NCBI GenBank assembly: GCA_965242695.1
Contig: CBDESU010000001.1
Span: 704,001-768,000, forward strand
Direction: 5' to 3'
Origin: Cenarchaeum sp.
Lineage (GTDB): Archaea; Thermoproteota; Nitrososphaeria; Nitrososphaerales; Nitrosopumilaceae
Length of the DNA stretch: 64,000 bases
Below the pieces are notes generated by a model that saw only the letters and a list, made by a program, of their open reading frames with translations, was not told where the DNA came from and searched no databases. The position numbers and the translations under genes were made by a program. Every line of letters begins with the position of its first letter. Within the stretch, counting starts at the first letter, position 1. Positions 9,103 to 18,165 of the stretch are shown here, piece after piece.

Positions 9103-9337
9103 AGTAGGAAAATGGCGCCACAGTATAGTCCGTGTAGATGTACTCCATGAATGGCATGCCCTTGCCGGCCTCGCAGGCATCCTTGTGGACGCGCTCGGGA
9201 TCCTTGCCGTGCGCGACGATCTCCTTGTTGACCACCGCCACCCACTCCCTCCTGTACGGCTCTAACTCCTCCGATGTCTTGGATGCCAGGAACTTGATGG
9301 CCTCCATGGGGTTGCCCCTAGGGTCTTTCACCGCCAT
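9086..9337 (-). CDS. DUF5678-like small protein, copy 4
   Basis: YRREWVAVVNKEIVAHGKDP; same upstream promoter motif as the other copies. Confidence 0.8.
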   Translation of the reverse strand: MAVKDPRGNPMEAIKFLASKTSEELEPYRREWVAVVNKEIVAHGKDPERVHKDACEAGKGMPFMEYIYTDYTVAPFSYYATEE

Positions 9338-9488
9338 GCCGGGCCTAGGCAGGGCCGCTATTTAAGGCGTCCGCTGTGCGGCAAGGGATCTATATAAAGA
9401 GCGGCCGGCCTTGGCCTGCGTCCTTGCCCCCGCACCGCGCAAGCCTTGCCCGCAGTGCGTGAGGCGATCGCCGCCCCCGCCGCCCCGG

Positions 9489-11153
9489 CTAGCGCCCCCC
9501 GCCGTCCCCGCCGATCACGGCAAGCGCCCTGCCGGGTATGTCTCCGAGCCTGCTGACGGCCAGAGTCCTGTCGTAGCCGAGGCCCTTGAGGTTTGATGCG
9601 ATCGCCGTCGCCCTTACCGTGTCGGGCCCGAACCCGATGGCCGCCATGCTGGTCCCCGCCGCCCTGAACGCCCGTATGGCCGAGCGGACGGCATCGGGGT
9701 CGGACGGCTCGCCGTCGGTTAGCGTGAGGAGCACGTCCGGCCTGCTTCCCGACCCGAGCGCCGGCATCATGCGGGCGTACACGTCGGCGAGCGGCGTCGA
9801 GCCGTTGGCCTGTATCTGCGCGAGGCGCTTTGCGCACGCGCTGTTCCACCTCTGCCCGCCGGACTTTACCTGCCAGCACATGACGGCCCTGTCTGACGTG
9901 CTGAACGCGTACGCCGAGAACGGCACGCGCAGGTACGCGAGGACCTCGCACAGGGCCAGGGCGGCCTTTTTGTACTCGGACTGGACGGCCGCGACGCTCG
10001 ACGAGTGGTCGAGCAGGATGGCGGCCCTGGACCGCACGGACCTGCGCGTGTCGGACAGGAACGGCGCATGCCCGTCGACGTGCGCCTCGGCGTCAAACTC
10101 GTCGCCTCCGGACTCTACGTGCGCCTCGGACCACCCGGACTTCCACTCCTTGAAGCGGCGCTTGAGGCCGGCGATCAGGTCACGGTCGTAGATGGCCGTC
10201 TCGTCGACGTCCGTCCGCTGCGGCTCGGTTATCCACGGCGCCTCGGCGCCGCCGGCAGCGCCGGAGGGGCCCGCGGCCGCATCCGCGGCGGCCCTCCTCC
10301 CGCGCCGCCCGCCGCCTCTGCCGCCGCCGCGGCCGGCCAGCGCCTCGTACTCGGGGCGCACGGAATCGCCGCCGGCGGCCTCTTCGGGGTCGACCCTGCC
10401 GAACATGCCCTCCCTCGAGCGGAGCGTGCGCGGGAGCGCCCTTCGCAGGTCGTCGGCGTTGATGGCCAGCGCCGGCCTAGACCACGGCAGGGCGACGGGA
10501 ACAGTCAGCAGCGAGTCGATGCCGAGCGTGCGGATGATGCCGGGCACCTCGCCCTCGACCCACTCGGTGCCGAGGCCCTCCTCGAGGGCCCTGCCGAGGG
10601 CGGCCGAGGCGGCGGCGGACGCGCGCGCGATGCGGTCGAGCTGGTTTGAGGCTGCCTCGCCCTTTACGCCGCCGAACGCAAAGTGCTGGTAGAACCCCTC
10701 GACGAGGCGCGCCCTCCCGTACACGGACCCAAGCAGCGGCCTGTCCATCCACCGGCACGTCTGGCTGAAGACGAGCTCGGGGTCCATGCCCGGCCACCTG
10801 CGCCTGCCGAGCGCCTCGACGCGCCTGGACTCGATCGCGTTGAGTATGAAGCCGAACGCGTGGTCGTCGCTGAGTATCCTGCCGCACAGCGAGAGCCTCA
10901 TCGACTCGCGCCACACGGACGCGCGAAACTGCCTGTACTTTTGCAGGCCGTCGCCCCTGAGCCTGCCCTGCCGCGGGACGATGATGCGCCCGTTCCCGGC
11001 GGGAGCGGTGCGCGCGTGCCCCCTGTCCGTGAACTCGACGGTCGCGCGCGGCCGCCCCGACCAGCGCCGGGCCAGGAACGTGCCGATCTCGACGAGGCCG
11101 TCGGGCCCGACCTCAGGCAGCGCCGCCGCCGTCTCCGCCGCCTCCGGGCCCAA
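9489..11153 (-). CDS. vWA-domain protein (NorD/CbbO-like partner of MoxR ATPase)
   Basis: MIDAS motifs ILLDHSSS, GSTPL, LTDGEP. Confidence 0.88.
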   Translation of the reverse strand: MGPEAAETAAALPEVGPDGLVEIGTFLARRWSGRPRATVEFTDRGHARTAPAGNGRIIVPRQGRLRGDGLQKYRQFRASVWRESMRLSLCGRILSDDHAFGFILNAIESRRVEALGRRRWPGMDPELVFSQTCRWMDRPLLGSVYGRARLVEGFYQHFAFGGVKGEAASNQLDRIARASAAASAALGRALEEGLGTEWVEGEVPGIIRTLGIDSLLTVPVALPWSRPALAINADDLRRALPRTLRSREGMFGRVDPEEAAGGDSVRPEYEALAGRGGGRGGGRRGRRAAADAAAGPSGAAGGAEAPWITEPQRTDVDETAIYDRDLIAGLKRRFKEWKSGWSEAHVESGGDEFDAEAHVDGHAPFLSDTRRSVRSRAAILLDHSSSVAAVQSEYKKAALALCEVLAYLRVPFSAYAFSTSDRAVMCWQVKSGGQRWNSACAKRLAQIQANGSTPLADVYARMMPALGSGSRPDVLLTLTDGEPSDPDAVRSAIRAFRAAGTSMAAIGFGPDTVRATAIASNLKGLGYDRTLAVSRLGDIPGRALAVIGGDGGGR

Positions 11154-12018
11154 ACATCGAGGATATGACGTCGGCGGCCTTTTGGAACTCTAGGCCGCCC
11201 CACTGCGCGTACACGTTGCCGAAGACGGCCTCGGCGGCGGCGCCTGCCCCCATGCCGCCGCCGACCAGCCTCGCGTACGATATCGTCTCGCGCAGGCTCG
11301 GGGCGTACTCTAGCTCCTCGACGGCGGCCGCCTGCCGGAGCGTGTTTGCAAGCTCTATGCCGCGCGCAAGGTCGGCATCGCCGATCCGCGCCGCGCCGGA
11401 TGCGGCAAGGTGCCGCCGGACGATCTCGGACTCTGCATCCGGAGGCGGGTACTCTAGGCGGATGCGCACGGGAAACCTGCTGAGCAGCTGCGGCGGCAGC
11501 TCCTTCGTACCGACGTGCGTGAGCGGGTTTATCGTGGCCACGACGAACCATCCGGCGGCGGCCGCCACGGTGCTGCCGTCGGACTCCTTGAGGACGATCT
11601 GCCGCCGGTCGTCGAGCGCCTCGTCGAGGCGCAGCAGGACGTCGGCCTCGGCCGCGTTTATCTCGTCCAGGTACAGTATCCCGCCCTCCCTCATCGACCT
11701 TACGAGGAGGCCCTCGTCAAAGCCGACCGAGCCGCCCTCGAGCGTCTTTGAGCCGACCAGGTGGCTCTCGCGGGTGCGCAGGCTGAAGTTGATCGAGTCT
11801 AGGCGCGCGGCCCTTGCCCGGGCAAACTCCCTGACGAGGGTCGTCTTGCCGGTCCCCTTGGGGCCTATGACGAGCGCGAACAGCCCCGCATCGTGGGCCC
11901 TTGCGAGCAGCCCGGCTGCGCCGTTCCAGTCCAGGTACCCGGCCGGGGCCGGCGCCGCGCCTGCTCCTCCCTCGCCTCCTCCGGCCCCCGACACGGGATC
12001 CGGCCCGCGCCCGCGCAA
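11113..12018 (-). CDS. MoxR-family AAA+ ATPase (CbbQ/NirQ/NorQ type)
   Basis: GPKGTGKT Walker A, LYLDEIN Walker B, ATINP, SLRE; start uncertain. Confidence 0.9.
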   Translation of the reverse strand: MRGRGPDPVSGAGGGEGGAGAAPAPAGYLDWNGAAGLLARAHDAGLFALVIGPKGTGKTTLVREFARARAARLDSINFSLRTRESHLVGSKTLEGGSVGFDEGLLVRSMREGGILYLDEINAAEADVLLRLDEALDDRRQIVLKESDGSTVAAAAGWFVVATINPLTHVGTKELPPQLLSRFPVRIRLEYPPPDAESEIVRRHLAASGAARIGDADLARGIELANTLRQAAAVEELEYAPSLRETISYARLVGGGMGAGAAAEAVFGNVYAQWGGLEFQKAADVISSMFGPGGGGDGGGAA

Positions 12019-12091
12019 TATGTGCCTACCCGCCTGCCCCGCCGCTGTCGCCGCGGGGATTGATTATATGCGGCGCAGTGGGACGGCCCGC

Positions 12092-13306
12092 ATGGAATCT
12101 CCGGTGATGATCAGGATCGACCCAGGCGTGCTAAGGTGGGTCATGGACAACGAGGGCTGGGAGGTCGACGAGCTGGCCCGCGAGGCGGACCTGAGCGCAC
12201 TGCAGCTGCGCAGGTGGGTCTCGTCCGAGTCGGACATAAGCCTGGACGATATCCGCAAGATGTCGGACAAGTTCAGGCGCCCCATGTCCGTCCTCTTCAT
12301 GGCCGAGGCGCCCACTACGACCATTCCGCCGCAGTATCGAAGGTGCCGCGGAGAGGGACGGGCGAAGCCTAGGATGTCGCGGGACATGCTCAATGTGATC
12401 AGGGAGGCGCGCTTCGTTCAGGAGAATGCGGCCGAGCTGCTGCACGAGATGGGCAAGAGCGCATGTCCGGACGTGCGCACGGCCACCCTTGAGCAGAGTC
12501 CGGAGGCGGAGGCGGCCCGCAACGCGAAGATGCTCGGCATTGAGCCGCCACGGGGGACCGGATACGGCGAGGACGGCGAAGAAAAACGGTACTACAGCAT
12601 CAGGGAGAAAATCGAGTCGCGCAACATCTTCGTCCTGCAGGAGGCAACCCCTGCAAGAGATGGTGCATCGGGCCTCGCCCTTGCGGATCCCAGACCTGCG
12701 GTAGTGCTGGTCAACTCGCGCGATCCTGTGAGGAATAGGATCTTTACGCTCCTGCACGAGTATGCCCACGTCCTCTTGGGCGCCGACGGCGTTTGTCCTG
12801 CCAGCCCTGCACCGGACGGCGCCGACGGCGTGGATGGACGCTTGCCACGTGTTGAACTGTGGTGCAACAGATTTGCTAGCGCCGTGCTCATGCCCAGGAA
12901 TGAATTCAACGTTGCGCTAGATGATGCGCGCAGGTCTGTTGGCGATGGTGATCCGCATCGGGCGGTGTCCGCAATGTCTGACAGGTTCTGTGTGAGTATG
13001 CCTGCGGCCCTGCTGCGCGCTGTGGAAGTGCTCGACGACAGCGGACTTAAGTCTAGGTATGCTCGTTGCTATGAGCAGATGGAAGAGGAGGCGGTGGCGC
13101 CAGATGCGAAAGACGTAGAGGCCCGCGGTGCGATAGGGGGTATGTCGCCGGCGATGCTGTGCATGGCTCGCAAGGGGCGCAAGTATGCTCGCTTGGTCTC
13201 CGACGCAGGGGAGTCCGGCATCATAACGACCAGAACCATGCTCGAATACCTAGGGATAAAACTGGATCACCTTGACGATCTCAGGATCCGGAGCGGAGCG
13301 GAGTAG
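12092..13306 (+). CDS. XRE-type HTH + ImmA/IrrE-family zinc metallopeptidase
   Basis: N-terminal HTH; RIFTLLHEYAH (HExxH); ELWCNRFASAVLMP; TTATAT box at 12064-12069. Confidence 0.9.
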   Translation: MESPVMIRIDPGVLRWVMDNEGWEVDELAREADLSALQLRRWVSSESDISLDDIRKMSDKFRRPMSVLFMAEAPTTTIPPQYRRCRGEGRAKPRMSRDMLNVIREARFVQENAAELLHEMGKSACPDVRTATLEQSPEAEAARNAKMLGIEPPRGTGYGEDGEEKRYYSIREKIESRNIFVLQEATPARDGASGLALADPRPAVVLVNSRDPVRNRIFTLLHEYAHVLLGADGVCPASPAPDGADGVDGRLPRVELWCNRFASAVLMPRNEFNVALDDARRSVGDGDPHRAVSAMSDRFCVSMPAALLRAVEVLDDSGLKSRYARCYEQMEEEAVAPDAKDVEARGAIGGMSPAMLCMARKGRKYARLVSDAGESGIITTRTMLEYLGIKLDHLDDLRIRSGAE

Positions 13307-13309
13307 ACA

Positions 13310-13783
13310 ATGCACGGGTATGTCGTCGATACCAGTTCACTAATAGACATTGTGCGGCATTACCCCAAAGTTGTATTTCCTGGCTTGTGGAAAAAAATCA
13401 ATGTGTTGGTAGTGGAAGGAAGAATGACGGCCCCCTGGCAAGTTTACAAAGAGATCGAACAAAAACATGATCAACTATATGGGTGGGCTAGGAACCATAT
13501 GGTCATGTTTAAGAAAAACACCCGCCATGTAGCACAATTTGCGGCCAAATTGTCAAAAGAACACCGCCAGATGAGTGGCCGCCACGCAAGTGTGGAAAGG
13601 GCGGATCCATATATCATTGCACTGGCATACTACACGCCTTCTGACTTGCCTGGCGGGAAGGCTGTCCTAGTGACGGAAGAGCGCACAAAGGCGGGCCAAA
13701 TTCCCCAGATTGCTAGTTTGTACGGCTTGACACATCTTGAGCTTGTCGGTATGATGCTGGAAGAAAAATGGTCGTTTGGATAA
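13310..13783 (+). CDS. PIN-domain protein (DUF4411-like)
   Basis: YVVDTSSLI...EI...ADPYIIALA...LVTEE...IPQIA; AT-richer than its flanks. Confidence 0.85.
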   Translation: MHGYVVDTSSLIDIVRHYPKVVFPGLWKKINVLVVEGRMTAPWQVYKEIEQKHDQLYGWARNHMVMFKKNTRHVAQFAAKLSKEHRQMSGRHASVERADPYIIALAYYTPSDLPGGKAVLVTEERTKAGQIPQIASLYGLTHLELVGMMLEEKWSFG

Positions 13784-14066
13784 GCTCCGCCTACGTGGAC
13801 CACCGCAACTGCGCGCCGCTGCATGTTGCCATGTCTGCTTTGGCCGAACACCTACTCCCGTCCCGGGGAATGATGTCTTGGAGACGCGCGGGATGCGAGC
13901 AACCGCACGGCCGGCGGGTGGGTTCTGACCGCCGGCACGCCTGTCGCCCTGGCCCTCTACCTGCCTGAACATGGCTGCCATGCGCGCCGCCTACTGGCGT
14001 GGACCACTGGATCCGCGGCCCCTGACAGGGTTACCCTTTTTAATGCCGCGCCGCCCGCGCGCGCCA

Positions 14067-15017
14067 ATGAATATGATAAGAAGCTCGATATTCCTCGTCC
14101 TGGCCGCAGTCGCGGTTGCCGCCTATGCGGCGCCGGCTGCGCACGCGGATCACCCCACGGCGTCGGTTTCCAACGCCAAGGGATCTTCCGTGCCGGGCTG
14201 CGAGGCTACCAACGAGTGCTTTATCCCCGCCGACGTCACGGTCGACGTCGGCGGCGAGGTGACGTGGAGCAACGACGACACGGCGGCCCATACCATAACA
14301 AGCGGAACGCCTGCGGACGGGCCTGACGGCACGTTCGACAGCAGCCTGGTCATGCCGGGCACCACATTCTCGTACACGTTCGAGGATGCGGGCGAGTATA
14401 CGTACTTTTGCGTGGTGCACCCGTGGATGGAAGGTACCGTGACAGTCTCCGGCGAAGCCCACGGCGGCGACGACATGACAATGGACGACTCGGCCGTGTC
14501 AATGGGCAGCGGCGACGACGACCACGGCGCAATGGACGACGACCACGGCCACGAACACGATATGGAGGAGGCGGGGACGATGCCAGAGGGCGACGTTAGC
14601 GCCACCGGAATGCTCCCAGACGGCACTGCCGTCGAACTGACGGCCACGCAGCTCTTGGAGCAGAGGGTCATGCAGATCGACATCGTGTTCAAGGACTCCG
14701 AGCACGTCAACTACGACATAGTGGCAGTCCAGGACGGCAAGACCGTGCTGGAGGACATGGGCGCGCACGAGCACATGGGCGTGGGCAGCCACAGGACCAT
14801 GCCGCTCGACCTGGATCCGGCAGAGTACCCACTCGACATTACCGTCACCTTCAGCGGGTACGGCATAAGCGAGATGACGGGCGAGCCGGGCGAGGTCGTC
14901 TTTGCGAGCATCGTGCCAGAGTTCGGCGCCGTGGCGGCGCTCGTGCTCGCGGTCGCGATCGTCTCGATCGTAGCGGTCACCGCAAGGTCGCGCCTGGGTC
15001 TTGTTCCAAGAGTCTAG
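14067..15017 (+). CDS. cupredoxin (plastocyanin-like) surface protein with PEFG-CTERM anchor
   Basis: Signal peptide; HTITSG...YFCVVHPWM type-1 copper site; His/Asp-rich linker; VPEFG plus TM helix. Confidence 0.92.
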   Translation: MNMIRSSIFLVLAAVAVAAYAAPAAHADHPTASVSNAKGSSVPGCEATNECFIPADVTVDVGGEVTWSNDDTAAHTITSGTPADGPDGTFDSSLVMPGTTFSYTFEDAGEYTYFCVVHPWMEGTVTVSGEAHGGDDMTMDDSAVSMGSGDDDHGAMDDDHGHEHDMEEAGTMPEGDVSATGMLPDGTAVELTATQLLEQRVMQIDIVFKDSEHVNYDIVAVQDGKTVLEDMGAHEHMGVGSHRTMPLDLDPAEYPLDITVTFSGYGISEMTGEPGEVVFASIVPEFGAVAALVLAVAIVSIVAVTARSRLGLVPRV

Positions 15018-15094
15018 ACTTCACACTTTCCTGTTTTTGACGCGCGGATCGTCGCCGTTGCCGCCCCGCCTCGCCCGGCCATGGGGCGCAGGGC

Positions 15095-16561
15095 TCAGTT
15101 GCAGTACCTCTGCAGGCGCTCGTTGGACTCGGACAGCCTGCGGTGCAGCTCGCCGCGCCACTCGGCAAACCCGCCCGGCTCGTCCGGAAACGCGCGGTAG
15201 TGGGAGGTAAGCCACCTGTTCTGCTCGGTCGTGAATCGCAGCCCGTCGGCGAGCCTCCGGTTGAGCGCGCCCCTGATGATCATGCCGAGCTTTCCGAGGG
15301 CCCCGAAGTCGGGGTGCTCGCCCTTTGATATGGCCTCTACGTCGAGGTTTCCGAGAAAGTGCTTCATGCCGTAGTCTATCTGCTCGTTGGTGAGCGTCTG
15401 GATGAGGCGCCGGAACAGCTCTAGGCCGGCCGTCTTGTACCCGTACTCGTCGATAAACTCCTTGTTGTACCTCCACAGGCCGGCCTCGCCCGTGTCGCCT
15501 GCCTCGACGGCCTCGGCGGCGCACCTGCCGGCGATCGTGCCCGCCACGAGGGCCGGGCCTATGCCGCCGGCGTCGAGCGGCTTTGGCATCCACGCCGAGT
15601 CGCCGACGAGCATGAACCCGCCGGACACCATGCAGTCGTTCTGCCTCCTGACCGAGACCTGGAAGTTGCCCGTCGCGTTGTTGCTGTCGCCGGGGTCCTC
15701 GGACAGGCGCGGGTTGCGTATGGCGCGGTTCCTGCCGACGTACTCTTCTATGAGCGACGAGACGCCGTCGCCGCGCCCCATGCGGGCGTTGCGCTTCTCG
15801 AGCAGCGTCTTTTCGACGCCTAGGCCGATGTTTACCTTGTTGTCGCCCTTTGGGAATACCCAGCCGTACCCGCCGGGCGCGATGTCCTGGTCGAGGTGTA
15901 TGATGCAGTAGTCGGGGTCGAACTCGGACCTGTCGTCCTCGCCGCCGTCAAAGTACATTATGTGGCGGCCCGTAGACTCTACGTCGCGCCTGTCTATGCG
16001 CCTCTCGATCTTGTCCGTGTTCGAGACGGTCGCGCGCAGCATCGACGTCATGCCTGTCGCGTCGACGACGACATGGGCCGTCCTCTTGAACGGCTCCCTC
16101 GAGGCGGTGTCGGCGCCCCTTACGCCGGACACGCGCCTCTTCCCGCCGTCCTCCTCGTAGAGCAGCCCCGTGAGGTTCACGTTGAACGCAAACTCGACGC
16201 CCATGCCCCTGGACCGCTCGTTCTGCCGCTCGGGGAGCAGCTGGCGGTTGAGCATGTACCCGTCGCCGTCGAACGGTATGGCCGTCTGCCTGTCCGGCGA
16301 GAACGCCATCACGCCCTTTACGGTGTGCTCGATCTCGGGCTCGGTCCACTCCACGCGCGTGCGCTCGGACATGTAGTCGACGGCCTCCTTGCTGACCGCA
16401 TCCCCGCATATCCACCCCGCCAGGTTCTTGCTGCCGGGCATGCGCTCGGGGCTGCGGTCGACTACGAGCACGCGCAGCCTCTGGTTCGAGTGGCGTGCGA
16501 CGGACTGCGCCACGACGGTGCCGGCGAGCCCGCCGCCGGCGACGATGACGTCATAGTCCAA
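15095..16561 (-). CDS. geranylgeranyl reductase-family FAD-dependent oxidoreductase
   Basis: DVIVAGGGLAG, ICGDA, DATG, GYGWVFPKG, LVGDSA...PLDAGGI. Confidence 0.88.
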   Translation of the reverse strand: MDYDVIVAGGGLAGTVVAQSVARHSNQRLRVLVVDRSPERMPGSKNLAGWICGDAVSKEAVDYMSERTRVEWTEPEIEHTVKGVMAFSPDRQTAIPFDGDGYMLNRQLLPERQNERSRGMGVEFAFNVNLTGLLYEEDGGKRRVSGVRGADTASREPFKRTAHVVVDATGMTSMLRATVSNTDKIERRIDRRDVESTGRHIMYFDGGEDDRSEFDPDYCIIHLDQDIAPGGYGWVFPKGDNKVNIGLGVEKTLLEKRNARMGRGDGVSSLIEEYVGRNRAIRNPRLSEDPGDSNNATGNFQVSVRRQNDCMVSGGFMLVGDSAWMPKPLDAGGIGPALVAGTIAGRCAAEAVEAGDTGEAGLWRYNKEFIDEYGYKTAGLELFRRLIQTLTNEQIDYGMKHFLGNLDVEAISKGEHPDFGALGKLGMIIRGALNRRLADGLRFTTEQNRWLTSHYRAFPDEPGGFAEWRGELHRRLSESNERLQRYCN

Positions 16562-16708
16562 CGCCCCGCACGGCCGCCCGTCTTTATTTAAAGCACGCCG
16601 GGCGCGGTGCGGTTTGCGGGTCGGTTCGTCGCGGGGTCTTCACCGGTATCAACTCAGACTGGAGCGGCTGCGTCCTCATCCCCGCGGCGCGGCCGCGGCG
16701 GCCGTATT

Positions 16709-17122
16709 TTAACGGTCGAGCAGGGAGAGGTACGCCTCGCGCGCAGCCCCTGCCCCGCCGTACGACGGCACGTAGATGCGCACGCGGACGGCCTCGGCAT
16801 CGCCGAGCTCGAGCCGCCCGATCACGAACCGCTGCTTGTCGAACCGCATGTGCAGGCCGGACCCCGACACGTGGAGGCCGATGCTGCCGGCGACCTCGGC
16901 CGCATCGGCGGCCGACATGGATGCGGCCACGGCCGATGCAAGGCGCGCCGCGCCGGCGCCGCGCGCCCTTGCCGCCAGTATGCGGATGCGGTTGCCGTAG
17001 TGGCCCTCGGCCGCCGTGGTCTCGGCGGATGCGCCGTCGAGGCCGAGGACGGACCCGAGGGCGGCCCTGTACAGGGACTCGTCCTCGGTGGCGTGGAGTA
17101 TGACGTCGACGGCGGCGCGCAT
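16709..17122 (-). CDS. archaeal RNA-binding-domain protein (DUF54-like)
   Basis: HATED...EGHYGNRI...HMRFDKQ; lies downstream of rps3ae; start uncertain. Confidence 0.8.
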   Translation of the reverse strand: MRAAVDVILHATEDESLYRAALGSVLGLDGASAETTAAEGHYGNRIRILAARARGAGAARLASAVAASMSAADAAEVAGSIGLHVSGSGLHMRFDKQRFVIGRLELGDAEAVRVRIYVPSYGGAGAAREAYLSLLDR

Positions 17123-17170
17123 GCCGCGGGACGGCGGTCGCGGCCCCTCCTCCTGCGCCGGCAAGCCGGC

Positions 17171-17782
17171 CTACGCCTCGAGCAGGGTAATCTGCTCGTC
17201 GGCCGTGCGGATGAGCTTTACCTTTTCGAGGCCGACGTGCCTGATCTTGAATATCTTCTTGACCGGCGCCATGATGTCCGAGTTTATCTTGCCGTAGCAC
17301 GTGGCCTGGACGAACTGGTCGATCGTCATCTCGGGGACGGTCTTTGTGATGACGTCGCGCGCGATGAGGCGCAGCGCGTGCTTGCGCGACGTGTTCAGCG
17401 ACGTGAACGTGAGCATGATGACCTTTATGCGGAAGACGTAGCCGTCCTTTGTGCCGACGTCGACGACAAAGTTGACCTTTGACGAGCCGCGCCTGACGAG
17501 GCTGCGCAGGAACTCCTTGGCGTACTCGTACCTCTTGAAGATGCTCGTGGCCCTGTCGCCGTCGACCTTGTCCATCTGGAAGTATATCTTGTACTGGTAC
17601 TGCGACGGGTCGCCCCTGAGTATGTCGAACAGCGTGACCTCTACGAGGCGGCCGCCGACGTGCTCGCCGTCCGTGATGGGCACGTCCGCGAGCCGGACGT
17701 TGTTGAACGAGTCGGGCGCGTACACGGTGACCCACTTCTTGTCCTTCCACTTGTCCCTTACCTTGCTCCTTCTCCTAGCCAA
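17171..17782 (-). CDS. rps3ae: 30S ribosomal protein S3Ae (eS1)
   Basis: RDKWKDKKWVTVYAP, GRLVEVTL, LRSLVRRGSSK, KIFKIRHV; TTG start. Confidence 0.95.
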   Translation of the reverse strand: MARRRSKVRDKWKDKKWVTVYAPDSFNNVRLADVPITDGEHVGGRLVEVTLFDILRGDPSQYQYKIYFQMDKVDGDRATSIFKRYEYAKEFLRSLVRRGSSKVNFVVDVGTKDGYVFRIKVIMLTFTSLNTSRKHALRLIARDVITKTVPEMTIDQFVQATCYGKINSDIMAPVKKIFKIRHVGLEKVKLIRTADEQITLLEA

Positions 17783-18165
17783 GCGGCCGGCGCGCCGCCT
17801 GTAGACATTATAAGGGTAGTGAGATTGCCCGATCCGCCTGCGCGCGGCCGGCCGGCCGATCGGGGGGACGCCGCGCGCGGCGGCGGGCGCCCGGCAACGC
17901 TGATGCCGCTGCTCCGTCGTGCCCAGCGGCGTTGGGGGCGATCGCCCCTCCAAGCCCGCTCCCGGCGCCGCGGTCCGAACCGCCTCGAGCTGCCTGCCCC
18001 CTCCTATGCCGCCCTTGGGCGATCGCCCCTCGAGGCCCCCTCCCGGCGCCTGCCCTTCAGCAGCCGCGGCCGCATGCCCTGCCCGACCGATCGCCAAGGG
18101 CGCGGCCCTGCACAGGCTACATATTCGCGGCGCATGTCGCCGGCCCGTTGGACCGGGATGGGCGG

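Larger units (their letters stand above)
3150..9400 (-). repeat. four tandem units of about 1.2 kb (small protein + protease + homologous spacer)
   Basis: Protease stop codons at 6123 and 7339 are 1216 bp apart. 3152-3434 is near-identical to 7158-7440, and 5699-5840 to 7011-7152. Confidence 0.9.

Noticed and set aside
3150-9400. Retroelement or diversity-generating retroelement, suggested by retropepsins and variable repeats
   Set aside because: No reverse transcriptase, gag or integrase, and differences between copies are not adenine-specific.
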